In this document: positions 1 through 17,235 of the stretch, piece by piece
Layout: every line of letters begins with the position of its first letter
Position numbering within the stretch: position 1 is the stretch's first letter
Assembly: GCF_009914755.1 (NCBI RefSeq)
Contig: NC_060933.1
Source: the human T2T-CHM13v2.0 reference genome, Homo sapiens
Direction: 5' to 3' (one strand)
Length of the DNA: 64,000 nucleotides
Made by a program: the position numbers and the translations under genes
The notes under the pieces: model-generated
What the model saw: only the letters and a program-made list of their open reading frames with translations
Databases searched by the model: none
What the model was told of the DNA's origin: nothing

Positions 1-138
1 GCACATACCTGCAGTCCTAGCTATTTGGGAGGCTGAGGCAGGAAGATCTCTAGAGCTCAGGGGTTTGAGGCTGCAGTGAACCGTGATCACACCACTGCAC
101 TCCAGCCTGGGTGACAGAGCAAGACCCTGTCAAAAAAA
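1..138 (+). mobile_element. AluJ right arm (cut by window edge)
   Basis: ggctgcagtgaaccgtgatcacaccactgcactccagcctgggtgacagagcaagaccctgtc followed by an A-tail. Confidence 0.93.
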
Positions 139-150
139 GGAAGAAAGAAA

Positions 151-225
<75 letters not shown>

Positions 226-486
226 AAGGAAGGAAGGAAGAAAAGAAAGGAAGAAAAAGAAAAGAAAGAAAGAAAGAAAAAGAGAAAGAGAAAGAAAGAA
301 AGAAAGGAAGGAAGGAAGGAAGGAAGGAAGGAAGGAAAGAAAAGAAAGGAAGAAAAAGAAAAGAGAGAAAGAAGGAAAGAAAGAAAAGAAAGAGAAAGAG
401 AAAGAAAGAAAGAAGGAAAGAAAGAAAAGAAAGAGAAAAAGAAAGGAAGAAAAAGAAAGAAAAAAGAAAGAAAGAAAAAGAAAGAG
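132..486 (+). repeat. Pure-purine complex (GAAA/GGAA/GA)n microsatellite grown from the Alu tail
   Basis: ~355 nt containing only A and G. Confidence 0.97.
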
Positions 487-744
487 TTAATTATTTGGGA
501 AAAAATGTCCCAAAAGAATAGTAAACTTTAATAAGAGCTAATGAAGTTCTTCACAAAGAGAAGCCATCTAATGAATACTCCCTCAACTCATAGCTGCCAA
601 ACATCTTGGCTATAGGATCTGTACCCTTACTTTACTCTCTTTGCTTCCCACCAGGCTGAACGGAGGAGCTTCCCCTACCCATCTCTGAGGTACCCCCTCT
701 CTCTCAGTGGAAACTCATTCCACCTATCAATCACTGTGGCCCTC

Positions 745-1090
745 ACTGCAGCTGCCAGGTTGGGCATGGTATCATTGCTAGAGTAGATTAATAAAGCCTC
801 AGGTACATGGTATGTGGCCATTCACCTCATGAACACATTCTTTTCTATTCCAATCAAAAAGAGGATCTGAAACAGACTGCAATAGTTATTTGCAGTTTTG
901 TAGTTTTGCCCAGAGGCTATATTAACTCTTCCATCCCCTGTCATAAAATTGTCCAAGGAGATACAGACTGCCTCCAGATTGCAAAGAACATCACATTGAT
1001 CCATTACATCAATGATATCATGCTGATACAGACAAGCAAAAAGTGCTAGCTCTTTGGAGGTCTTGGGAAGACACAGGCACACCAGAAGGT
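745..1090 (+). mobile_element. ERVL (HERV-L/ERVL-E type) pol reverse-transcriptase fossil fragment
   Basis: Translation across a frameshift gives TAAARLGMVSLLE*INKASGTWYVAIHLMNTFFSIPI and VLPRGYINS...NITLIHYINDIMLI, matching class III ERV RT motifs (LPQG, YIDD). In-frame stop and no flanking LTRs seen. Confidence 0.85.
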
Positions 1091-1149
1091 GTGCATGTAT
1101 TTATAATTAGTGTAAACGGTATTGTATAACTTTGCCATTCTCTTACTAA

Positions 1150-4330
<3,181 letters not shown>

Positions 4331-4349
4331 TACATTTAGTACTATATTA

Positions 4350-4563
4350 TACGTGGTAAATTCAGAGGCTTTGTAGCTTGTCTGCCTGGGTTTGAATCCC
4401 TGCTGTATCACTCACTAGCTGTTTAACCATGGACAAGTTACTAACCTCTCTGTGCCTTACTTTTTTCATTTAAAAACAGTCAATTTAAATGAGTATTAGC
4501 TCATGTAATGACCAATACAGAACGTGCCTGCATAGAGCAAGTGCTATATAATTGTTAGCTATT
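4350..4563 (+). mobile_element. MIR
   Basis: gcctgggtttgaatccc...ctagctgt...ggacaagttactaacctctctgtgcct core and 3' tgttagctatt. Confidence 0.85.
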
Positions 4564-5970
4564 AAAGGTTCCAAACATATGGAACATTTTAGCTCTCCTT
4601 TAATCATTAATTTCTAGTGAGATATTACTCTTAGATGGGGGAAGCTTCCCGGCTTCTTCTGAGACAGCGAGGGGAGAAACTGAGGGAACATGTGAGGTTG
4701 GAGAACTTGATTTATAAGAGGCACCAATCTTTAGCACCGTGGTGTGCTCCCCTGAAGGCTTTACTGCAAGGTGTGAGTGTGGAGAAGCCAGGCTGCTTTC
4801 AGGGGGGAAGACTGCAAGGTGAATGAAAAGGAAGGACAAACAGGCAAGAATGTCAAGGTCAAGGACTCTGGCAAGAAGAGGCTCAAGGGATGTTTCATGA
4901 AAGGCAGACCAGATTAAATGTGGGAATTGAGGAAGAAGCAGAATCGGGGAGAACCCCAGTGTGTCTACAACCGGGTGGACCGAAGTGCTGGTTCCTGAGA
5001 TGGGGAAACCCGAGAAGGGACAATCTGGGAGAGGGAGAGCAGAACTGGGATTCAATTTTGGACACATGATACTTGGGATCAGTGTGGCCAGGCCCTGGAA
5101 CATGGCAGCAGGGCAGGAGAGGAAGGGATGAGAGAGAAAAAAAGGCAGGCACGTCAAGGTAAGTCATTTTGGAGAGTTTGAGTGTTACTGAGTGCAGAAT
5201 GAGCACTGGGAGTTGGGCATGGCTGATTCTGTGTTTTGGGAATACCACTGACTCCAGCATGGAGAATGGGTTGTAGGAAGAGAGAGGAGAGGAAAGACAC
5301 AAGTTGGTAGGGATCTGGCCCCACCAGACGCTTGGTATTCCCCAGGGCTGGCTTCATGGGCGTGAAACTTGTGCAGTCACACAGAGGCCCACGCTCCAAA
5401 GAAACCTTTGCTTGGTTGAATGCTCTGCATTTGTTATCTTGAAATCCTTAATAATTTTTTCTTTGCACTTGCGTTTTGTAAGTCAAGACCAACGGGACCA
5501 AAAAACATGAGCACATGCAGGGGAGGTGTGCCCAGTCTGTGTGCCTGCCACAGTTCCTTGCTGCCCAGTGGCATACAGCGTGTGTGCTGCCCCATGAGCA
5601 CAAAATGATGGTGGGCCCACAATGCGTGGGAGTCCAGTGAAAATCAAAGCCGGAACAAGGCAGATATGTTATATCGATGACCCAGGCCACGCTCTCTGTC
5701 TCAACCAGAAGCTGCTTTGAATGCAGAAAGAGGGCAATGGTGTTCTCGGAAATGCGAACAAGCAAGGAAATGTATCATAGGCTTTCTTAAGCATGTAACC
5801 TCCCTGTAGCCAACCACTTAGGCTGAAATGACAACAGAAGGTAAGGGAAGGATAGGACAGCCTATATTGTTCTTTTTCCTTTCAGTACTTTCTTACTCAG
5901 CAGTAAGCTGAAGATAGACAATGTTGGTAGAATGTGTGCATATCAGGAAGCGAAAAAAAAAATTAAGTTA

Positions 5971-6489
<519 letters not shown>

Positions 6490-6629
6490 CTAGTTAAATG
6501 TTCTTATATTTGCATTTAAAACTCTCATTGCACAGTATAAAGATGAATAGAGAAATGGATGCTAATAACTTATGTTTTTAAAGGTGTTTTTACTTAGAAT
6601 GACATTAAATTGTTTATTAAAAAGTATCA

Positions 6630-6935
<306 letters not shown>

Positions 6936-7847
6936 TCATGACAAGCCCAGAGAGAAAGAGACCATGGGGGAAAGGAAAAGGGTTTATATTTCAGCACATT
7001 TTATACCTTTTTTCCAACGTTTCCCTTGCTTTATGAACAAGGGGCCCTGCATTTTTTATTTCCCACTGGGCTCTGCAAATTACTAGCCAGATCTAGTATC
7101 ATCTCCTGAAGGCCTCACTCAGCCTTCTCAGTCTTTACTGTTTATTCACAAGCCAGACTTAAGTTACAGAGTGCTGTCTTCTTCCTGCCTTTCTCACAGA
7201 CATCATTCCTCACTGAGGAGACAAGGTCCTCCTATTGAGTGGATGTGTGTGTAACGTACGAATCATGCTCACTTTGTAGCTTGATGTTTTCAAATGGTAT
7301 ATTATGAACACATCCCCCTTACTAATAACCATTCTTAAACACATTTTAATAGCTAAGTATTGTTCTAACATTCTAACATTAGACCACAATTCAGTGACCC
7401 CCTGTTTTCAGCTTTTCAAAGTTATTAGCGATAATAAATGTTCATGAATACTCAGCACACAACAACAAAAATGTTCCTCTTACAAATCAACAAATATTGG
7501 TTGGATAAATGAAATCATAAATTCACAATAATTTTCTTAAATTCTTACAGGTATACTGTCAGGGTCAAAAAGTATGTAATTTGAACAATTTTAATATTCT
7601 CCCAAAATGCAGTACTAGTTTGAATCAGCAGTCAACAACGGATCTCACTGTTGTGAATTTTTACCAAATTCTTTAAAAAATAATCTCTTTTAATTTAACA
7701 GGCAGAATTCCCTATTATTAGTTTAATAATCATTTCTTTGATTTCTAGAGAGTCTGAACTTTGCTGGCCATTTGTATTTTGACCTCTGTGAATTATGAAG
7801 GTATTGTTTGCCTATTTGATATTGAGTATTTGTCTTTTCCTTACTGA

Positions 7848-8272
<425 letters not shown>

Positions 8273-8959
8273 TAGGATTTTATTTTTAAGAAGTCAAGTT
8301 TCTCCATCTTTTTCTTTGGAGATACTTAATACCTTCTCATACAGGCTCAAAAAGCCCTACCTCCACAAAGCCCCCGGCTCTACCCCTAAGAAAAGAAATA
8401 TATTATCCAATATTCTTATGATTTTCTACCATTAAAAGGCGAGTTAAAGCCCTTTTTACATTATTGATATCACATTCTTTTGTAAATTTAAAGTCTGATG
8501 GACATGTTTCTTAAGTTTTGTCCTGTCATTTGGCTTCCGATGTCTATGTGCCTACACACTCACACACACACCATCTTTCCCTATGTGGTCTGCTTGCTCT
8601 TTGTATTCCTTTTATGCACAGGAATGTGGTTTATGTAATGCTCTTGGTTCTCTCTTTCTGGAGATTATATTGGTTCCCTGCTATGAGCAATACTGACATC
8701 AGCTCATGAACTCTTCCCCTATCTCTCCTTCCCTCCCTACCCAGTTTTAGTCACCGCTCTTAGGTTGGAGCTACTCTCTGTACTCTCTGTACCCTTGAGT
8801 ACAGTTAAGTTTCCTTCTTGATTTGGAGGCTTCAAATGACATCCTTTTACTTCCAGCTAGTGCCTCCGAGGCAATTAGTCCCTACACTTTGTGTCCCATG
8901 TGTGTTGGCTGTGCTATTTCTACACTGCCAGCGCACACTGCATTCACACACTGTCTCTG

Positions 8960-9715
<756 letters not shown>

Positions 9716-9727
9716 TAGTTTTATCAC

Positions 9728-10284
9728 TGTATTAGTCCATTTTCATGCTGCTAATAAAGACATACCTGAGACTGGGTAATTTATACAGGAAAGAAGTTTA
9801 ATGGACTCACAGTTTATATTTTATATTTTCTAGTAGTCACATACAAAAGTAAAAGCAAACATGCAAAATTAATTTTAATAATATATTTTATTTAATCTAG
9901 TATGCTCAACATGGTATCATTTCAACATGTAATGTATTAGTCTGTTTTCATGCTGCTGATAAAGACATACTTGAGACTGGGAAGAAAAAGAGGTGTAATG
10001 GACTCACAGTTCCACATGGCTGGGGAGGCCTCACAATCATAGCAGAAGGCAAGGAGGAGCAAGTCACATCTTACATGGATGGCAGAAGGCAAAGAGAATG
10101 TGTGTGCAGGGAAACTCCCCCTTATAAAACCATCAGATCTCATGAGACTTATTCACTATCACAAGAACAGCACAGGAAAGACCTGCCCCATGATTCAATT
10201 ACCTCCCTTTCCCACAACACGTGGGAATTGTGGTAGCTACAATTCAAGATAAGATTTGAGTGGGAACACAGCCAAACTGTATCA
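9728..10284 (-). mobile_element. THE1 (THE1C-like) solo LTR carrying a ~197-bp internal insertion
   Basis: tgtattagtcc...aaactgtatca termini. 5-bp TSD atcac at 9723-9727 and 10285-10289. Confidence 0.92.
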
Positions 10285-10299
10285 ATCACCTTTATCCTT

Positions 10300-11620
10300 A
10301 TCTTTTCACTTTAGGTTTTCAGTTAAATATATTCAATGCTGACCACAAAACTTATAAATCCAATGATTTGTTAATTGTCTAAACATCTTTCTCTACTATT
10401 CTCCTTAGGAGAGTCTCATGAAAATAATATTCTCTGGGTTCTTTCATGTTCATAACTGGTTGGTAGCCTTCATATTTGCAGGACAGTTTGCCCAGATACA
10501 AAATCTTTGGCCTATTTTCTTTCCTTAAATATCTTTGAAATGTTGCTCTATTATTAAAACATAAAATGTTACTGTCTAGAATCTTGATTCCATTCTGATT
10601 TTCTTTTCCTTAGAAATAACTTGGAGTTTTTTACCTGCATGCCTAAAGGATTTTCATTTTGTCTTTAAGGAACAATAACATCACCAAGCAAAGTCTCAGT
10701 GTTGACCAGTCTAGGCTAATTTTCTTAGGACAGAATGTGCCCTTTCACTGCAGAGATTAAACCTTCTTATATTTCAGGAAATACTTTTTAAAATTCAGTT
10801 TTAAAATATGTATTCTGTTCTGTTGTTTAGGCTTTATTCTCTAGAGCCTTGAATTGTATGTATGTTGAATCTCCTTTGCCTAACTTCTGTATCTATCACT
10901 TTCTCTCAAATCCTTATTATCTCTTTATTTCTGTTTGATCTTCCTCACTTTTCTATTTTCTCTATTTTCCTTTTTGAAACACAATCTGGCTCTATTGCCC
11001 AGGCTGGAGCGCAGTAGCACCATCCTGGCTCACTGCAACCTCCCCACCTCAGCCTCCCTAGTAGCTGAAATACAGGCATGTGCTACCATGCTTGGCTAAT
11101 TCTTGTATTTTTATTAGAATACAAAAATGTTTCACCATGTTGCCCAGACTGGTCTCGAACTCATGAGCTCAAGCAATTCACCCACCTCAGCCTCCCAGAT
11201 TACTGAGAGGCATGAACCACCACACCTAGACTATATTCTCTATTTTTATTACTGTTCTTTTGGAGATGTTTACTTACCCTTGTGTTTCTTCTAATTTAAT
11301 CTTCATTTCTGAAAAAATATTGTTTTCTCTCTGTTTTCCAATTGGATCTGATTTTTAGAAATCCTCCTGTTGTCAGGCCATCTCATTTCTGTGCTCTTCT
11401 CTTTCTGCTGTGTACTGTTCTTTCAAAGCTTCTTTTATTTTCACAATTGTTTTCAGCTCATTTAGCTTTGTGTCCACATACATTCTTGTCATCTATCACA
11501 ATAGTATTTAGTTTATTTTTATTTCCTTTTCTTTCTTGTAAAAACTTTTGCTTGGAGTTAGATTGTATTTTGTTGTTGTTTCTTGAATTTAAAAAGTTGT
11601 TTTTCCTGGATTCTTAGAAG
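10300..11620 (-). mobile_element. Old L1M/HAL1 ORF1-region fragments
   Basis: Antisense ORF1-type text (ggacagtttgcccagatacaaaatctttgg, atttcaggaaat), interrupted by an Alu. Confidence 0.6.
10970..11231 (-). mobile_element. AluJ (with internal deletions)
   Basis: gcccaggctggagcgcagtag...ggtctcgaactcatgagctcaagcaattc. Confidence 0.85.
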
Positions 11621-11835
11621 AAAGCTTCTATAGAAGGGGCAGAGATGGGCCAGATGGCTTTCTTTACCTTTTCTTTTATTATTACGAAACACTCAAATGG
11701 TGGTCTCTCCATGTAACTGCTTTTTAGCTTCTCAGAATTAAGCCTGGGTCAAAAAGGCATACAGCCTCTAGCCCTGGGTTTCCCAGAGCGCTATGGGACT
11801 TACTCTTCAAGGTAATGCTCTAAGCTTTAAATTTT

Positions 11836-12480
11836 CATTGTCCAATATTGTAGCCACTAGTCACATGTAGCACTTAATATGTGTCAAATCTGAATTGAGT
11901 TATATAAAATACCATATTTCAAAGACAGTATGGAAAAAAGCAAAATAGCTCATTAATACTTCTTTTGTTGATTCTTGATATGGTTTGGCTGTGTCCCCAC
12001 CCAAATCTCATCTTGAATTCCCACATGTTTTGGGAGGGACCCAATGGGAGATAATTGAACCATGGGGGCATGTCTTTCCCATGCTGTTCTCATGATAGTG
12101 AATAAGTTTCATGAGATCTGATGGTTTTATGAGGGGGAGTTCCCCTGCACAAGCTCTCTTTTTGCCGGCTGCCATCCATGTAAGACCTGACTTGCTCCTC
12201 CTTGCCTTCTGCCATGATTGTGAGGCCTCCCCAGCCACACGGAACTGTGAGCCCATTAAACCTCTTTTTCTTCCCAGTCTCAAGTATGTCTTTATCAGCA
12301 GCATGAAAACAGACTAATACATGTTGAAATGATACCATGTTGAGCATACTAGATTAAATAAAATGTATTATTAAAATTAATTTTGCATGTTTGCTTTTAC
12401 TTTTTAATGTGACTACTAAAAAATATAAAATTATGGCTTGCATGTGCGGCTCACATTGTATTTCTTTTTGACAGCACTGC
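11836..12480 (-). mobile_element. MER33 hAT-Charlie DNA transposon split by a THE1 LTR
   Basis: tgtccaatattgtagccactagtcacatgtag...ggctcacattgtatttctttttgacagcactg. Confidence 0.8.
11976..12321 (+). mobile_element. THE1 (THE1C-like) solo LTR
   Basis: tgatatggtttggctgtgtccccacccaaatctc ... gcatgaaaacagactaataca. Confidence 0.95.
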
Positions 12481-13408
12481 TTTAGACTTTACATTTTTAA
12501 ATTTGCTATTACAATATGGCAAAATATGCTCTCAACGACTTCCTTCCTACTATCTGAACCTTTTCTCTCACTTACCCCTAGGCTTCCTTCCCTGTTGGAT
12601 TTGTTTTCTAGATGTTTTCTTTCAATATTAAACTTCTGGAATGAGTCTTGTGGATAAGGATTAAATCCTTCAGGATTTAGACCTCTCATAGAATTCATCC
12701 TTCAGCATCACGTTTTTTGAACTTACCCCTAACTGGCATTTTGGGGAGCCACATCCCAGTGTTGACAGTGATTCTCAGATCTGCTTGCCCAGAGCCTGCT
12801 CTGGATGGAGTATGTAATTTTTTTAGGGATTTTTGGGGTTCTGTGGTTCAGAGTGCCCCTCAGCAGTCTGTCTTCACTTCAACAGTCTATCTTCACTTCT
12901 GGTGCTCTGATTCACAGCTGCTACCCTGTCCAGTACTTTCTGGTACTCCCAGGAGTTTGGCCATATCTGCTCCAACACTGGGGTTTACAGAGAATCATCA
13001 TCTAGTTTTATTAAAGAGATTGCCTGTGGACTTTTTTTACCTTTTGCTGTTCTGTTGATTTTCAGGAAAAGTTTTGGTTTAATTAAAAACTATACTGCTG
13101 CCACAATCTCAGTATGACTAGAATTTCTTCACTTGCTATATTTAATTTTGTAAACTATGTGGAATTAATTTTGATGAATAATGTGAACTGGAAATCTAAT
13201 TTTATTTCTTCATTTTTTAAAGCAATTCTACTTTTTCTTATTAGGAAACTTGCATGTACATATTGAAGAAAGCATACAATATAGACAAGCAAAAGGAAAC
13301 AAAATAAAATTTTATTATAATCTTCCCACACAGAGAGAATCATTTTAACAGTTTAATCTATATGCTTCTAGGAGATTCAGTATCATTATTTATGAAACAG
13401 GGGAAATA

Positions 13409-13565
13409 CCACATTTTATTGAATCTAATATGCAATCAATTGTAAGAATTACCTTTTGTTACCATCAAGAGAAAAAAACACAGCTAATTAAACTAGGCAC
13501 ACTAGCAACCAATTTTAGGTATCTTGATACATGCAAATCTGTTAATCTTCAAATCAAATAGAAGT
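13409..13565. mobile_element. MER104-like TcMar-Tc2 fragment within a MIR remnant
   Basis: ccacattttattgaatctaatatgcaatcaattgtaaga resembles the MER104 terminus; MIR-like text on both sides. Confidence 0.4.
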
Positions 13566-14221
13566 TATAATAATGACCTTACAGGACTGTTATAGAGATC
13601 AAATGATATAATGTATATAAAGTACAATAAATGATAACTATTATCATTCCATCATTTGAATATACTGAAATTTATTTATCCAACCTCCTATTGTTGAACA
13701 TCTAGGTTATTTCCAACTATTAGCTACTATAAACATTAATAATTTATAAATAAATAAATGCAAATGATCACCAAACAAAGTGTTAAATCTTAACACTAAT
13801 TGGGAAATGCAACTCAAAACAGTGATGAAGTACCAATTGCTCTTTTTGAATTAACAGGATTCCTTCAAGTCAAAGAAAAATTGAGAAAACCTCAATGCCT
13901 AACAATGGAATGTAACTAAATAAATTGTGATGCAATGGTATTCTCAGCCATTTAAAAAAAGATGATATACAAAGGTGAACAGTTTATAATGTTAAAAGCT
14001 ACAACTCTTAATGAAAACATAGCTATGCATATCTGTGTACTAACTAATAGGAGATAAAAGAAGAAACAAATAGAAACACATTAGTAGTGGGAGATTTAAA
14101 TTCAATTCTCTAAGTTCATGACATGCACATAAAAAAAATAATAAAAAAGACCTAAAAACATAGCTAATGAGATAAGTCTCATATAATCACATTGACTAAT
14201 AAAAAAAAAAAATGGACAATA

Positions 14222-14531
<310 letters not shown>

Positions 14532-16354
14532 CTAGTGCTTCTATTGATTCTCAAAATTGATCATATATTACTTCAAAAAGAAAACAAAGGTAGGAATAAT
14601 GAGACAATAGTCTTTGATCACAGTAAGACTAAAAATTAAGTCTAATACCCAAACACACAAAAAAATTCTATCTGTAAAATTTAGAACTCTCAAACAATTC
14701 TTGGGTCAAGAAGAAATTAAACCCCAAACTGGAAAGTGTTTAGAAAATAATAATAGTGAATGTCCTGAATATTAAATCTATGAGGAAAATTCATAGCCTG
14801 TGAGCACTCAGAGGAAAATTCATAGCCTTCGATATCACATTTATGATTAAGAAAGAATCAGCTAAAATGCTCTAAGTATTTAACCTAGGAAATTAGGGGG
14901 AAAAAACTAAAGAAAACCAAAAGGAAGGAATCATAAAGAGAAAAGCAGACACCAGTAAGTTAGAAAAGAGAAAAAAGATAGCTCCACTAAATCCAAGTGC
15001 TAATACTTTGGGGGTAAAAAGAATATATCAGTGGTTTGGTAACCTAATCCAAAAATAGGAAAGTAAAAACACACAAAATAATAATGACAATTGGAAAATA
15101 AACACAAATAAAGAGATAATTATAAGCATTGTAAGAGATACTTTGCTCAACTTTATGTAAATAAATTTGAAAACTAGAAGAAATGAATACTTTTATTAGG
15201 TAGAAATAATTTATCAAAACTGACTCCAGAAGAGAAAGAAATAATATATAGACAAATGACCATAGAGGAAATATAAAACAGTGGAGATTTATCCATCTTC
15301 TCAAAAAATAACCCTGTCCAGACAGTTCTACAGAGGAATTATATCAATTATTTAAGAAACAGGTAATTCCAATGGTACTTAAATTGTTCCAGTGCCTATT
15401 TGAAAGAAGATATTTAAACTGTTTTTGTGAAACAAAACTGTTTGACCCCCAAAACCCAACAAAGAGATGCAAACATACAGCCCACATGCAAAAATAGACT
15501 TGTGAAGATTAATACAAAAGTCCAAATTAAAATAGTAAAGGAAATACAGCAGTACTTCAAAACAAAATAAAACTAATATACTAAGACCGAGTGAAGTTTA
15601 ATACAGTAATACAAGAAAGGTTCAATATTTTAAGATCAATTAAAATCAATATTTTAAAATCTATTATCTATTCCATGATAAGGAAAGTATAGTAACATGT
15701 TAATGGTAGAATGCAGGTAGTAGGTATATGTTTGTTCACTGTAAGATTCCTTCAACTTTGGTATACATTTGAAAAATTTCATAATAAAATGTTGGGAAAT
15801 ATCTATTAATATAATTCATCATATTAATAGGTCTGAGGAGATGGCTCATAGAATCATCTCCTAAACACTGAAAAGGCATTTGAAAAAATTCAATATATAT
15901 TCTTAATTTTTAAGACGTTCAATAAAATAGAAAGAAATAGTTATTTCTTTAGCATATAAAATAGATTCATCTCAACCCATAAGCCTTTAGTTGATACTTT
16001 TATTAGGAAAAAAATAATTTATGCTTAATGCTTAATGGGAAAAGCACTACAAGCATTCCCATTAAAGTCAAGATAGAACAAAAATGTCCAATATTACTCT
16101 ATTGGACTATTATTTAGCATTGTTCTGGAATAAATAACCAATGTAATTAAAGAAAGACATTAGAGGTATGAAAATAAGAAAGTGGGATATTAAATTATCT
16201 TTATTTGAAGATGATGTGATTGTATAGCTGGAAAACCCAAGAGACTGAACTAAAAAACTGTTATAAACAATAAGATTGTTCAATAATGTGGATGGCAACA
16301 AAATTAAAAGGAGAATCAAGAGTATGTATGTATTATTAATACCCATGTGCACAC

Positions 16355-16446
16355 ATTCAGTATTTTATCATAATGAGATATTCAGTAATTTTATCATAAT
16401 GAGACAAAATATTCAGAATTTTATCATAATGAGATACTCATAATGA
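16355..16446 (+). repeat. Minisatellite, ~3.4 copies of a 25-31 bp unit
   Basis: attcag(t/ta/a)attttatcataatgaga repeated at 16355, 16380 and 16411. Confidence 0.85.
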
Positions 16447-16950
16447 AAAATGTGTAATAGATAAATGAATAAAGCCTTGAGATACTACTGAGGGTCACAC
16501 ATCATGACTTTAACAACGGAAAGTTATTTTATGTTCTTGAGTAGGAAGATTCAGTATAAAGATGGCAGCTCTTTTTAAATTAATTTAAAATGTATCAGCA
16601 TCTCATCAAAATGCCAACTGTATAGTTTGATGAAACCAGCCAATTCTAAAGTTCAGCTAAATATGAACAAACCAAAATAAGAAACTAATTCTTAAATGCC
16701 AAGAAATCAGGGGAAAATAGTGCACCAGATAATAAAACACATTGTAATAAGTAGAACAGTGGAGTAAAGGCACAGTACTTGCATACACAGATATCAATGC
16801 TAGTTTAATGTATGATAGAGGTGGCATTTCAAATCAGGGCAGGGGAGTTGAATATTGATCATTCAACAATAGATCTTGAGATAACCAAGCAGTCATCTGG
16901 GGGGAAGAAGTTGAATCCCTACTTTGTATTTTACATGAAAATAAATTCCA

Positions 16951-17235
16951 GGCTGGGCATGGTGGCTCACATCTGTAATTTCAGTGCTTTAGGAGGCTGA
17001 GGTGGGAGGATCCCTTGAGGCCAGGAGTTCGAGACCAGCCTGTGCAAATGGAGAGCCCCCCTCATCTCTGCAAAAAATAAGACAATTAGCAGGGCATGAT
17101 GTTGTGCACCTATAGTCCCAGCTACTCAGGGGGCTGAAGTGGTAGGAGTTTGAGGTTACGGTGAGCTATGATTGTGCCACTGCACTGCAGCCTGGGCAAC
17201 AGAGCGAGACCCTGTCTCTCTAAAACAAACAAACA
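16951..17235 (+). mobile_element. AluJ
   Basis: ggaggatcccttgaggccaggag...gtgagctatgattgtgccactgc. Confidence 0.9.

Noticed and set aside
83-521. Lys/Glu/Arg-rich ORFs of 135-136 aa
   Set aside because: Translation of the purine microsatellite, which cannot contain stop codons
4600-5302. 185-aa and 135-aa minus-strand ORFs
   Set aside because: Ser/Pro/Leu-rich product of a pyrimidine-rich strand overlapping L2-like sequence; no domain or splice support
9937-12317. Two near-identical 68-aa ORFs (MRSDGF...SSMKTD) on opposite strands
   Set aside because: Both are readings of THE1 LTR sequence, not paralogous genes
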